Assembly (NCBI GenBank): GCA_002269645.1
Contig: NIVC01000511.1
Span: forward strand, 94,023 to 158,022
Source of the DNA: Macrostomum lignano
Taxonomy: Eukaryota
Direction of reading: 5' to 3'
Length of the DNA: 64,000 bases
Shown: in pieces, positions 44,264-55,991 of the stretch
Numbering within the stretch: the first letter of the stretch is position 1
How the letters are laid out: the number at the start of each line of letters is the position of its first letter
Position numbers and translations under genes: made by a program
The notes under the pieces: model-generated
Told to the model about the DNA's origin: nothing
Database searches by the model: none
What the model saw: the letters and a program-made list of their open reading frames with translations, nothing else

Positions 44264-47200
44264 AAAGCAGCGACAAAAAAAGCAGCAAAACCAGCTTCAA
44301 AAAAAGCAACAAGCAAAATCGACTCTCCCGGGCAGAAGCAACGGCGGGCAAATGCGCCGACTGGCTCACGCCTCATCCGACCACAGCAGCAGCGGCGGAG
44401 TCGGGGTTGGAGGTGGCGGCGGCGGCGGCCACCAGAGCGACGAGGACAGGAATGATGACAAGGATTTTCCCGGCAGGGGCCGCGGCGGCAGCGGCGGGTC
44501 CAACAGTCACACCTGCTGCCTGTTCTGGTGCTGCTGCTGCACCTGGTAGGGATGAAGCTTTCGGATTGTTCTTTTTATCTGTAGGAGATCTGAAGCTTTT
44601 ATCTGAGGGTTAGCGTTGTCGGAGTGCGGTAGTATGAATTGATTCGTTGTTTAGCTTGTAGTTTGGTTTTAAACTCCACTACCAGTGCGTACGCCGGCCT
44701 ACAAACACAGATAAGCAATTGTTCAACAGTCTTCACTTTCGCATTAGAATCTTTTATTAATGTGGTGTGTGTCGTGTCAGTAAACAGTTATTTTGCAATT
44801 TTGCAATTCTGGCAGGACAGGCTGGGTGTGGGGTGGGTGTTATCAGAGGGCTGAGTGGCGCTTTGGCAGGACAGGCAGGGTGTGGGGTTGGTGTTATCAG
44901 AGGGCTGAGTGGCGCTCTGGCAGGACAGACTGTGTGTGGGGTGGGTGTTATCAGAGGGCTGAGTGGCGCTTTGGCAGGACAGGCAGGGTGTGGGGTGGGT
45001 GTTATCAGAGGGCTGAGTGGCACTCTGGCAGGACAGGCAGGGTGTGGGGTGGGTGTTATCAGAGGGCTGAGTGGCGCTCTGGCAGGACAGACTGTGTGTG
45101 GGGTGGGTGTTATCAGAGGGCTGAGTGGCGCTCTGGCAGGACAGGCTGGGTGTGGGGTGGGTGTTATCAGAGGGCTGAGTGGCGCTCTGGCAGGACAGGC
45201 TGGGTGTGGGGTGGGTGTTATCAGAGGGCTGAGTGGTGCTCTGGCAGGACAGGCTGGGTGTGGGGTGGGTATTATCAGAGGGCTGAGTGGCGCTCTGGCA
45301 GGACAGGCAGGGTGTGGGGTGGGTGTTATCAGAGGGCTGAGTGGCGCTCTGGCAGGACAGACTGTGTGTGGGGTGGGTGTTATCAGAGGGCTGAGTGGCG
45401 CTTTGGCAGGACAGGCTGGGTGTGGGGTGGGTGTTATCAGAGGGCTGAGTGGCACTCTGGCAGGACAGGCAGGGTGTGGGGTGGGTGTTATCAGAGGGCT
45501 GAGTGGCGCTTTGGCAGGACAGACTGTGTGTGGGGTGGGTGTTATCAGAGGGCTGAGTGGCGCTCTGGCAGGACAGACTGTGTGTGGGGTGGGTGTTATC
45601 AGAGGGCTGAGTGGCGCTCTGGCAGGACAGGCTGGGTGTGGGGTGGGTGTTATCAGAGGGCTGAGTGGCACTCTGGCAGGACAGGCTGGGTGTGGGGTGG
45701 GTATTATCAGAGGGCTGAGTGGCGCTCTGGCAGGACAGGCAGGCTGTGGGGTGGGTGTTATCAGAGGGCTGAGTGACGCTCTGGCAGGACAGGCAGGGTG
45801 TGGGGTGGGTATTATCAGAGGGCTGAGTGGCGCTCTGGCAGGACAGGCAGGCTGTGGGGTGGGTGTTATCAGAGGGCTGAGTGGTGCTCTGGCAGGACAG
45901 GCAGGGTGTGGGGTGGGTATTATCAGAGGGCTGAGTGGCGCTTTGGCAGGACAGGCTGGGTGTGGGGTGGGTGTTATCAGAGGGCTGAGTGGCGCTCTGG
46001 CAGGACAGGCTGGGTGTGGGGTGGGTGTTATCAGAGGGCTGAGTGGCGCTCTGGCAGGACAGGCAGGCTGTGGGGTGGGTGTTATCAGAGGGCTGAGTGA
46101 CGCTCTGGCAGGACAGGCAGGGTGTGGGGTGGGTATTATCAGAGGGCTGAGTGGCGCTCTGGCAGGACAGGCAGGCTGTGGGGTGGGTATTATCAGAGGG
46201 CTGAGTGGCGCTTTGGCAGGACAGGCTGGGTGTGGGGTGGGTGTTATCAGAGGGCTGAGTGGCGCTTTGGCAGGACAGGCTGGGTGTGCGGTGGGTGTTA
46301 TCAGAGGGGTGAGTGGCGGTCTGGAAAGTTATTGAGGATATGAAATGAATAGAGATAATTCTGCATCCATATTTAGCCAAAAATCATGCCGGAAGTTATC
46401 CATGTTGTAGTTAGTTAGTTTGCTTTAAAATGAAATAAAGCTTGCTAAAACTTTATTTGCCCGTCTCCAATCACTTGCATTACATTTTTAGTCTGACAAC
46501 ACAGCCTGGAAGGCAGGACGAATCCTCCAGAACCTCTGGCAACAATACTCAGCCTCCGAAAGAGCCATCGGTGCGAGACTTTGACAGGTGAGGCTACTTA
46601 ATTTACCTGTCAGATTAATAAAATGCATTAACACACATGGATAATTATGATTTTTTACCATTAAATAATATGTTGTCTTATTTCGGGTAGAAGCTAATGG
46701 CAAAAAATAAGTTCGACGCTGGAAGCGCTTGAAGACTGTAGTGGGGGTTGCACAGGAAGAGGGTCTGCTCAAAGTGGATGATGCAGCTCAATGGCCCGTA
46801 CCTGCCTGATTGATGACAAGCGAATTTCTATTCAAACTGAGAGCGAATGACTGATGGCTTTCTGAGCCGTGAACTAAACTAAGCATGGATAATCCTGTTG
46901 CAGTGAGGATAAAATGTATTGTTTTTATCAACCAAGCCCTCATTACCCTTCATTGCTCCGTCTCTCCTCTATGACTCTTCCCTCAGTCGCTCTCTCTCCC
47001 CACTTCTCTCTCACCTGTGTCTTCTCTCTCTCCCGTCTCTCTCTACTTCTCTCTCCCACCTGTGTCTTCTCTCTCTCCCGTCTCTCTCTACTTCTCTCTC
47101 TCTCACCTGTGTCTTCTCTCTCTCCCGTCTCTCTCTTCTCTCTCCCACATGTGTCTTCTCTCTCTCCCGTCTCTCTCTACTTCTCTCTCTCTCACCTGTG

Positions 47201-50200
47201 TCTTCTCTCTCTCCCGTCTCTCTCTACTTCTCTCTCCCACCTGTTTCTTCTCTCTCTCCCGTCTCTCTCTACTTCTCTCTCTCACCTGTGTCTTCTCTCT
47301 CTCCCGTCTCTCTCTACTTCTCTCTCCCACCTGTGTCTTCTCTCTCTCCCGTCTCTCTCTACTTCTCTCTCTCTCACCTGTGTCTTCTCTCTCTCCCGTC
47401 TCTCTCTTCTCTCTCCCACATGTGTCTTCTCTCTCTCCCGTCTCTCTCTACTTCTCTCTCTCTCACCTGTGTCTTCTCTCTCTCCCGTCTCTCTCTTCTC
47501 TCTCCCACATGTGTCTTCTCTCTCTCCCGTCTCTCTCTACTTCTCTCTCCCACCTGTGTCTTCTCTCTCTCCCGTCTCTCTCTACTTCTCTCTCTCACCT
47601 GTGTCTTCTCTCTCTCCCGTCTCTCTCTTCTCTCTCCCACATGTGTCTTCTCTCTCTCCCGTCTCTCTCTACTTCCCTCTCCCACCTGTGTCTTCTCTCT
47701 CTCCCGTCTCTCTCTACTTCTCTCTCTCTCACCTGTGTCTTCTCTCTCTCCCGTCTCTCTCTTCTCTCTCCCACATGTGTCTTCTCTCTCTCCCGTCTCT
47801 CTCTACTTCCCTCTCCCACCTGTGTCTTCTCTCTCTCCCGTCTCTCTCTACTTCTCTCTCTCTCACCTGTGTCTTCTCTCTCTCCCGTCTCTCTCTTCTC
47901 TCTCCCACATGTGTCTTCTCTCTCTCCCGTCTCTCTCTACTTCTCTCTCTCTCACCTGTGTCTTCTCTCTCTCCCGTCTCTCTCTTCTCTCTCCCACATG
48001 TGTCTTCTCTCTCTCCCGTCTCTCTCTACTTCTCTCTCCCACCTGTGTCTTCTCTCTCTCCCGTCTCTCTCTACTTCTCTCTCTCACCTGTGTCTTCTCT
48101 CTCTCCCGTCTCTCTCTTCTCTCTCCCACATGTGTCTTCTCTCTCTCCCGTCTCTCTCTACTTCCCTCTCCCACCTGTGTCTTCTCTCTCTCCCGTCTCT
48201 CTCTACTTCTCTCTCTCTCACCTGTGTCTTCTCTCTCTCCCGTCTCTCTCTTCTCTCTCCCACATGTGTCTTCTCTCTCTCCCGTCTCTCTCTACTTCCC
48301 TCTCCCACCTGTGTCTTCTCTCTCTCCCGTCTCTCTCTACTTCTCTCTCTCTCACCTGTGTCTTCTCTCTCTCCCGTCTCTCTCTTCTCTCTCCCACATG
48401 TGTCTTCTCTCTCTCCCGTCTCTCTCTACTTCTCTCTCTCACCTGTGTCTTCTCTCTCTCCCGTCTCTCTCTACTTCTCTCTCCCACCTGTTTCTTCTCT
48501 CTCCGTCTCTCTCTAAGTCTCTGCGCCGCCTACCAGTCTCTTTTCTCTCTCCCAAATTCTCCCCTCTCTTCGCATCTCTCTCTACCCTGTCCTCTCTCTC
48601 TACCTCTCTCTCTCTCTCCACCAGTCTCTCCAGTTCTCCCAGTTGGTATCCGGTTCCAGCTGCAGCTTTCAACACTAAAGGCGAAGCAGATTTCGAACTG
48701 CTTGCTTGCCCTATAGTCGCCCTGCAGCCTACTTATAGTGCGGCCCGGCTCGTGACCAGGAATTCCATTCCTCCCCTGCGCCCGGCCCGCGGTCGCCAAG
48801 CGGAGACCCCCCTCGGCCACGGCCCCCGCAGCGCTGCCCCTGCCTCCCCTCCTGCCCCCCCCCCCCCTACCGTAGGAGAGCCGAGTAGCAAAGGCCCCCG
48901 GGACGACGGAGCGTGTCCTATAAGATTAATTCGCAATCCCGGCGGAGAGTTGGGAAAAATATAGCCAGAGGAAGAGCGAGAGACGGAGTGGGGTTGGGGA
49001 GAAAAAATACACACAAGAAGAAGACGAGGCCCGATTCTATTAAGGCTTGCACAGCGGGACAGCGGGGAAAAGCAATTTATTCACTCGGCCAGCTTTGGCC
49101 AGCGCATTAATGCCCGGGGATCGCTGCTCCGCTCTCTGCTCTGCTCAATCTCTGGCTGACCCGGACTCCTCAGGCAAAAGTGCAGGCGGCACTCCGCCCT
49201 CTTCGTGCTCCTACATGGAAAGACCGAGTAGATTAATTAGCCTGTACAAATGGATTCAAGTGTCCGGTGAAATCTGAATAATGTGTTGCACACCTGACGC
49301 TCGCATGTCTTAGCGCTAAGAAACTGGTGTTCATCTAGTCCGCCCCCTCCTGGTGTACTCTTCCATCTCTAGGATTTTTCCATGCCTCTCCTCTCAGTCT
49401 ACCTCATTCTTCCCTGTCTACTCTCGCAACCCTTCGAATGCATTTCTCTTGCTTTCCGTTGCCTTCACTTCGGGTTTTTCTTCTTCCGATGTATCTCGCC
49501 GTCCCCTCTCCCCATATCCCTTCCTTCTTGCCCTCTATCCCTTCCTTCTCCCCCTCTATCCCTTCCTTCTCCCCCTCTATCCCTTCCTTCTTGCCCTCTA
49601 TCCCTTCCTCCTTCCCCTCTATCCCTTCCTCCTTCCCTTCTATCCCTTCCTTCTTGCCCTCCATGCCTTCCTTCTTGCCCTCCATGACTTCCTTCTTGCT
49701 TTCCATCACTTCCTCCTTCTCCTCTATCCCTTTCCTTCTTGCCCTCTATCCCTTCCTCCTTCCCCTCTATCCCTTCCTCCTTCCCTTCTATCCCTCCCTT
49801 CTTCCCCTCTATCTCTTCCTTCTTGCCCTCTATCCCTTCCTCCTTCCCCTCTATCCCTTCCTTCTTCCCCTCTATCCCTTCCTTATTGCCCTCTATCCCT
49901 TCCTCCTTCCCCTCTATCCCTTCCTTCTTCCCCTCTATTCCTTCCTCCCCCCTCCACCCCTTCCTTCTCCCCCTCTATCCCTTCCTTCTTCCCCTCTATT
50001 CCTTCTTTCCCCCTCCACCCCTTCCTTCTCCCCCTCTATCCCTTCCTTATTCCCCTCTATCCCTTCCTTCTTTCCCTCTATCCCTTCCTCCTTCCCCTCT
50101 ATCCCTTCCTTCTCCCCTCTATCCCTTCCTCCTTCCCCTCTATCCCTTCCTTCTTCCCCTCTATCCCTTCCTTCTTGCCCTCAATCCCTTCCTCCTTCCC

Positions 50201-51311
50201 CTCTATCCCTTCCTTCTTCCCCTCTATCCCTTCCTTCTTGCCCTCTATCCCTTCCTCCTTCCCCTCTATCCCTTCCTCCTTCCCTTCTATCCCTTCCTTC
50301 TTCCCTTCTATCCCTTCCTTCTCCCCCTTTATCCCTTCCTTCTCCCCCTCTATCCCTTCGTTCTTGCCCTCTATCCCTTCCTCCTTCCCCTCTATCCCTT
50401 CCTCCTTCCCTTCTATCCCTTCCTTCTTGGTCTCCATCACTTCCTCCTTCCCCTGTATTCCTTCCTTCCCTTTTATCTCATCTCACTTTCCCTTCATCCC
50501 TTCCTTCTTCCCCTCTATCTCATCTCACTTCCCCTCCATCACACCTCACTTCCCCTTTATCTCATCTCACTTCCCCTTTATCCCACCTTGCTACTCATCA
50601 AGCCTGTAGTGCTGAAAATCGGTTTAAGCTGGAAAATCAATCATACGCAGGCCAGAGGCCTTGATGACGCCTTATTCAGTTGTAGTACAACGCTTCTTTC
50701 ATCAAACGCGACCGTTTCCAAAGACCAGTAACTGACACTGTCTCCCTCTCAACTGGAATGCCTGATTGTTTACAATAGCAACCATCCAGTCCCAATATAG
50801 AGGCTGAACCGACTTGCCAGAATAATTTTCCGGTAAAAATAGAAGGGCTTGCATAATTAGGTTATTATTAATATCGCATAATTTTGGCTCTCTATCAGCC
50901 AGAAGCAAAAGGGTTGCAGACAGGGGGGAGGATCAAACTGGCCGGATTGCCCTCACGCCCCCCCCCCCACTGCAGGCCAGTTCAGTTGGTGGCACCCCCG
51001 GGCGGGTAATAGCAGTGATTAGGCCGCCCCCCGCCCTCTGTCCCCTCTCTGCCCCCCCCCCCCCCGGCAACCGTAATGTTTCAAACCCAGGCGGCCTGTG
51101 GTCGAGCAACGGCCTGCAACCCCCCCCCCAGCATCATCTCAATCCCCAATATCCCAGCCAGTCGCCAGGCAAACTCCATCATTTCTCTCCCTCTGCCTCC
51201 ATCTCCACCACCAGCCTCTCTTTCCCCGGCTTTTTCTATCGGCTTTCCAAAACGGGAAATCGAAGGAAGGTTGGCTTCCTTTCAAGTTTCCCGCTCGCAG
51301 TGCCCGCAGCC

Positions 51312-51353
<42 letters not shown>

Positions 51354-54141
51354 ATATTGTAGTTTTCTCTCGGGAGAAACGGTGAAATCGCCTTCCACAG
51401 GCGCCAGCTATAAGTCAGTCCCATTGTTGGGTGCCGTCAAGTTCCAGGCAAAGCGCAGATAAGAGTGAATAGGGACAGAGAGAGAGGACTAGGAAGCAGA
51501 GAGCCTGGCCAGGACATGTCAAGCAAGCGGCAGCACATGAGCCCGCAGCTCAGGCACTTCCTGTCGCATTTCAGCATCTCAAAGGACGAGGCCAAGGTCT
51601 GGGGCGAGTCGTTCGAAAAGCTGATGCAGAGTCCGAGTAAGTTAAGCCTACATGGTTGCCAGCAGACTGCTATCTCCCTATTTGATTGCAATGTCCTGAC
51701 AGTCTCGTTGAGACAGTCCCATCTAGACAGTCCACAATGTCCCATGTAACCAGTCCCATGTAAACAGTCCCATGTAACCAATCCCATGTAACCAGTCTCA
51801 TGTAACCAATCCCATGTAAACAGTCCCATGTAAACAGTCCCATGTAAACAGTCCCATGTAAACAGTCCCATGTAAACAGTCCCATGTAAACAGTCCCATG
51901 TAAACAGTCCCATGTAAACAGTCCCATGTAAACAGTCCCATGTAAACAGTCCCATGTAAACAGTCCCATGTAAACAGTCCCATGTAAACAGTCCCATGTA
52001 AACAGTCCCATGTAAACAGTCCCATGTAAACAGTCCCATGTAAACAGTCCCATGTAAACAGTCCCATGTAAACAGTCCCATGTAAACAGTCCCATGTAAA
52101 CAGTCCCATGTAAACAGTCCCATGTAAACAGTCCCATGTAAACAGTCCCATGTAAACAGTCCCATGTAAACAGTCCCATGTAAACAGTCCCATGTAAACA
52201 GTCCCATGTAAACAGTCCCATGTAAACAGTCCCATGTAAACAGTCCCATGTAAACAGTCCCATGTAAACAGTCCCATGTAAACAGTCCCATGTAAACAGT
52301 CCCATGTAAACAGTCCCATGTAAACAGTCCCATGTAAACAGTCCCATGTAAACAGTCCCATGTAAACAGTCCCATGTAAACAGTCCCATGTAAACAGTCC
52401 CATGTAAACAGTCCCATGTAAACAGTCCCATGTAAACAGTCCCATGTAAACAGTCCCATGTAAACAGTCCCATGTAAACAGTCCCATGTAAACAGTCCCA
52501 TGTAAACAGTCCCATGTAAACAGTCCCATGTAAACAGTCCCATGTAAACAGTCCCATGTAAACAGTCCCATGTAAACAGTCCCATGTAAACAGTTCCATG
52601 TAAACAGTCCCGTCCATACAGCCCCACGTGAACAGCTCATTCTAAAGAGTTTCGTCATTTCGCTTTTCCAGATGGGCGCAAAGCATTCAGAGAGTTCCTC
52701 AAATCTGAGTACAGCGAAGAAAACATTCTGTTCTGGCTTGCCTGCGAGGATCTCAAGAAGGAAGTCACACCAGAGGCAGTTGAGGAGAGAGCCAGAGTGA
52801 TCTATGAGGATTACATCTCCATTCTGAGCCCAAAGGAGGTAAGAAAGCGCATAGTTCTTTAAAGCATATTGGATGTATTCTGCTTGTAGCTCGTATTTTA
52901 CATTTGCTCTCGCAATACCGTGGAGGATGCTTTCTGGGTGCTTTGTGCTTGTACTGTGCGCTGCGTAGTTTTTGACGGACTCAGTGTACGAGTATTGTGC
53001 TGTGAACTGACCAACTATGGTCTGTGTGCTGTTGTCTGTGTACTGTGGTCTGTGTGCTGTTATCTGTGTACTGTGGTCTGTGTGCTGTTATCTGTGTACT
53101 GTGGTCTGTGTGCTGTTATCTGTGTGCTGTGGTCTGTGTGCTGTTATCTGTGTGCTGTGGTCTGTGTGCTGTTATCTGTGTGCTGTGGTCTGTGTGCTGT
53201 TATCTGTGTGCTGTGGTCTGTGTGCTGTTATCTGTGTGCTGTGGTCTGTGTGCTGTTATCTGTGTGCTGTGGTCTGTGTGCTGTTATCTGTGTGCTGTGG
53301 TCTGTGTGCTGTTATCTGTGTGCTGTGGTCTGTGTGCTGTGGTCTGTGTGCTGTTTTCTGTGTGCTGTGGTCTGTGTGCTGTTATCTGTGTGCTGTGGTC
53401 TGTGTGCTGTTCTCGGTGTACTGTGGTCTGTGTGCTGTTATCTGTGTACTGTGGTCTGTGTGCTGTTATCTGTGTACTGTGGTCTGTGTGCTGTTATCTG
53501 TGTGCTGTGGTCTGTGTGCTGTTCTCGGTGTGCTGTTGTCTGAGTACTGTGGTCTGTGTGCTGTTGTCTGAGTACTGTGGTCTGTGTGCTGTTATCTGTG
53601 TGCTGTGGTCTGTGTGCTGTTATCTGTGTGCTGTGGTCTGTGTGCTGTTGTCTGAGTACTGTGGTCTGTGTGCTGTTATCTGTGTGCTGTGGTCTGTGTG
53701 CTGTTGTCTGAGTACTGTGGTCTGTGTGCTGTTCTCGGTGTGCTGTGGTCTGGGCATTGTGGTACTCTGCGTGCTGTGGTCTGTGTACTCTGTCATGTGT
53801 ACTGCTTGCTGTTCTTTACCAACTGTGTGCACATGACCCCCTCAAAAGTACAGTGCGCTGTTTATCTAAATGCATTTTTCTAAAAAGCTTTTATCTTAAT
53901 TTCAATTTTCTCATCCCAGGTGAGCCTGGACGCTCGAGTCCGAGAGATCATCAACAAGAACATGGTGGAGCCGACCGCGCACACATTCGACGACGCCCAG
54001 GTGCAAATCTTCACCCTGATGCACCGGGACTCCTATCCGAGGTTTCTCAATTCGCAATTCTACAAATTGCTGGTCACAGACTCGGAGGGCGGTAACGGCG
54101 ACGGCGGCGGCAGCAGCGGTGGCGGAGGGAGCAAGGCCTGA
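44136..54141 (+). CDS. RGS17: RZ-subfamily regulator of G-protein signalling (RGS17/19/20-like), about 338 aa
   Basis: Exons 44136-44545 (polyQ, cysteine string TCCLFWCCCCTC), ~51419-51636 (acceptor uncertain; EAKVWGESFEKLMQSP), 52672-52838 (GRKAFREFLKSEYSEENILFWLACEDLKK..IYEDYISILSPKE), 53920-54141 (VSLDARVRE..AQVQIFTLMHRDSYPRFLNS). The symbol names the subfamily, not proven orthology. Confidence 0.95.
44811..46320. repeat. 54-bp G-rich minisatellite in RGS intron 1
   Basis: ggcaggacaggcagggtgtggggtgggtgttatcagagggctgagtggcgctct, about 28 copies. Confidence 0.97.
46985..48630. repeat. CT-rich compound satellite with ~489-bp higher-order repeat
   Basis: Units such as cacctgtgtcttctctctctcccgtctctctctacttctctct. 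Identical reverse ORFs at 47374 and 47863 are 489 bp apart. Confidence 0.95.
49500..50600. repeat. 21-bp pyrimidine-rich minisatellite CCCTCTATCCCTTCCTTCTTC
   Basis: About 50 degenerate units. Confidence 0.93.
51314..51349. repeat. (CAG)12 trinucleotide repeat
   Basis: Direct reading. Confidence 0.9.
51740..52610. repeat. 14-bp minisatellite CATGTAAACAGTCC
   Basis: About 60 mostly perfect copies in RGS intron 2. Confidence 0.97.
53020..53790. repeat. 28-bp (2x14) minisatellite CTGTGGTCTGTGTGCTGTTATCTGTGTG
   Basis: About 27 units in RGS intron 3. Confidence 0.95.
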
Positions 54142-54894
54142 CCGCGGCGGGACCAATTCTTGCTTTAGTTGTTAAAATTTCGGAGCATCAATTCACAACT
54201 GGGTGATCTGGAGCACCGAATCGGCTGGCCGAGGGGATTTTCCCTCAGCAGCCGCCCCCTCCCCCCTAGTCTTTTTACTGTCGTCACCCGTCGTCCGTTG
54301 CGATAACGATTTGCGAAACACCATTTCCCATTACGCTCATCAACCAGAACCGTTTTCGATGCAGCCCGCGATTTTTTGACAAACTTCTTAGCGCGATGAT
54401 TCGAAGGTCAAAAATCAATCGCTGCATTGCTACGGACTTTACGCTAGCGATCATTCACCCATCTGCCGTTCGCAGTTGGTCGCGCTGTTTCTTCCACATT
54501 CCCTGGAACAGCGCGTGACCGAATTAATGCAAAACTACACACAAGCGACCACACTGTAGCCCCCATCCCTTTTGTCTGAGCATTACGAAGATTTACCAAT
54601 GCTAAACATACGCGACCTGTTTTTCTTATGTGTTGTCCGGATTGAACGAAAAAACAATGCTATTTGAATAATGCAACTAAAACTGTATACCCCGTCAGAA
54701 AAGTAAACTTCGACAAACATTCGATAGTATTTGTCTGCGTATTCAACTAGCCAAAGCTTGTTCCGACTTTTCGGTGCCTGCGGTGTAATTTTAAATTTCA
54801 TTTTTCTTGAATCGCTAGTCTGGGCAAGGCAAGGGAGGCATGTAGGGAGAGAAGACCTAAACAGGGAGGGAGAGCCGGTTGCTTCAGAAGGCTA

Positions 54895-55135
54895 GGCGAG
54901 GGCGTGAGGTGGGTGTCTATGTGGGCTAGGCGGGGAGTGAGTGGTGTCTAAGTGGGCTAGGCGGGGAGTGAGGTGGTGTCTAAGTGGGCTAGGCGGGGAG
55001 TGAGGTGGTGTCTAAGTGGGCTAGGCGGGGAGTGAGGTGGGTGTCTAAGTGGCCTAGGCGAGGGCGTGAGGTGGGTGTCTAAGTGGGCTAGGCGGGGGTG
55101 AGGTGGGTGTCTAAGTGGGCTAGGCGAGGGCCGAG
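54895..55135. repeat. ~32-bp G-rich tandem repeat
   Basis: gtctaagtgggctaggcggggagtgaggtggt, about 7 copies. Confidence 0.9.
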
Positions 55136-55991
55136 GGGGATTTTAATGTAGTTCACATTAATTGAAAATTATTAAAAGTTAATTTACGTTCGCGGAATAT
55201 TCTACGAGACTCTAGTTTTTTGTGTCTAAAATGTTTAGTTAGAAATAATGGCCTTCAAGAAGGGATTCAAATATCAATAAATTTATTTTATTGGTACATT
55301 TAAAAGGCTTACAAAATCGATTTGAAATGATCAATGATCAATTTGGTGCAAGACAACGCACCAGACTGGATATTGCCTAGTTCAGTATGCGAGCTTATGT
55401 TGTATTTTTGGTCTCTAAAGCTAGGCTTCTAATCCGTAGCATTTTATGCCTCTAAATTGCGAAAGTAAAATTCGCCGCGCTAAAGTACATGTACTGGCTA
55501 CCAATGTGCACTAGAAAAAGCAATTTAAGCATTCATTTTTTTGGAGCAGAGCTAATTAAAAAAATATGATTATAAGCAAAAACTTGACTATAAATTTCAG
55601 TGATCAAACTGCTTCATCAAATCGATGATGAAATTTTGCAACATTCAGAGGATTAAACTTGGACCGGTATTCTCTAGTTGGTTCGATTGCTTTTTGTCCC
55701 GTAAGCCTCGCAAAAAACTTAAATTTGCTGACAAAAGAAAAAATGAAAGGGATTACTTGATAAACGCATGTGGACAAGAAATGATAGCAAAGCTAATAAG
55801 ATTCAGACAAAAAACAGGCATTTGACAGGCTGCGGGCGCACAAACGAATGACTTGATTTCATGTTGAGACAACGGCAGAATCAGCGCAATCAGTGCTAAT
55901 TAATAAACGGTGGCAAACCGTTATAGAAGCCCCCAATCAGATGCTGAATTCGTGATAAAAACCCTTTTCCGTCGGAGAACTCTCAACGCAG

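Noticed and set aside
34510-46320. Shared GGTG(G)GTGTTATCA motif between the 42-bp and 54-bp arrays
   Set aside because: The rest of the units are unrelated, and a short match among about 20 arrays could be chance.
44757-50731. Long ORFs of 300-680 aa (44767-46335, 46919-48964, 49353-50609 and others)
   Set aside because: They are open in several frames only because the tandem units lack stops, and they lie in RGS intron 1.
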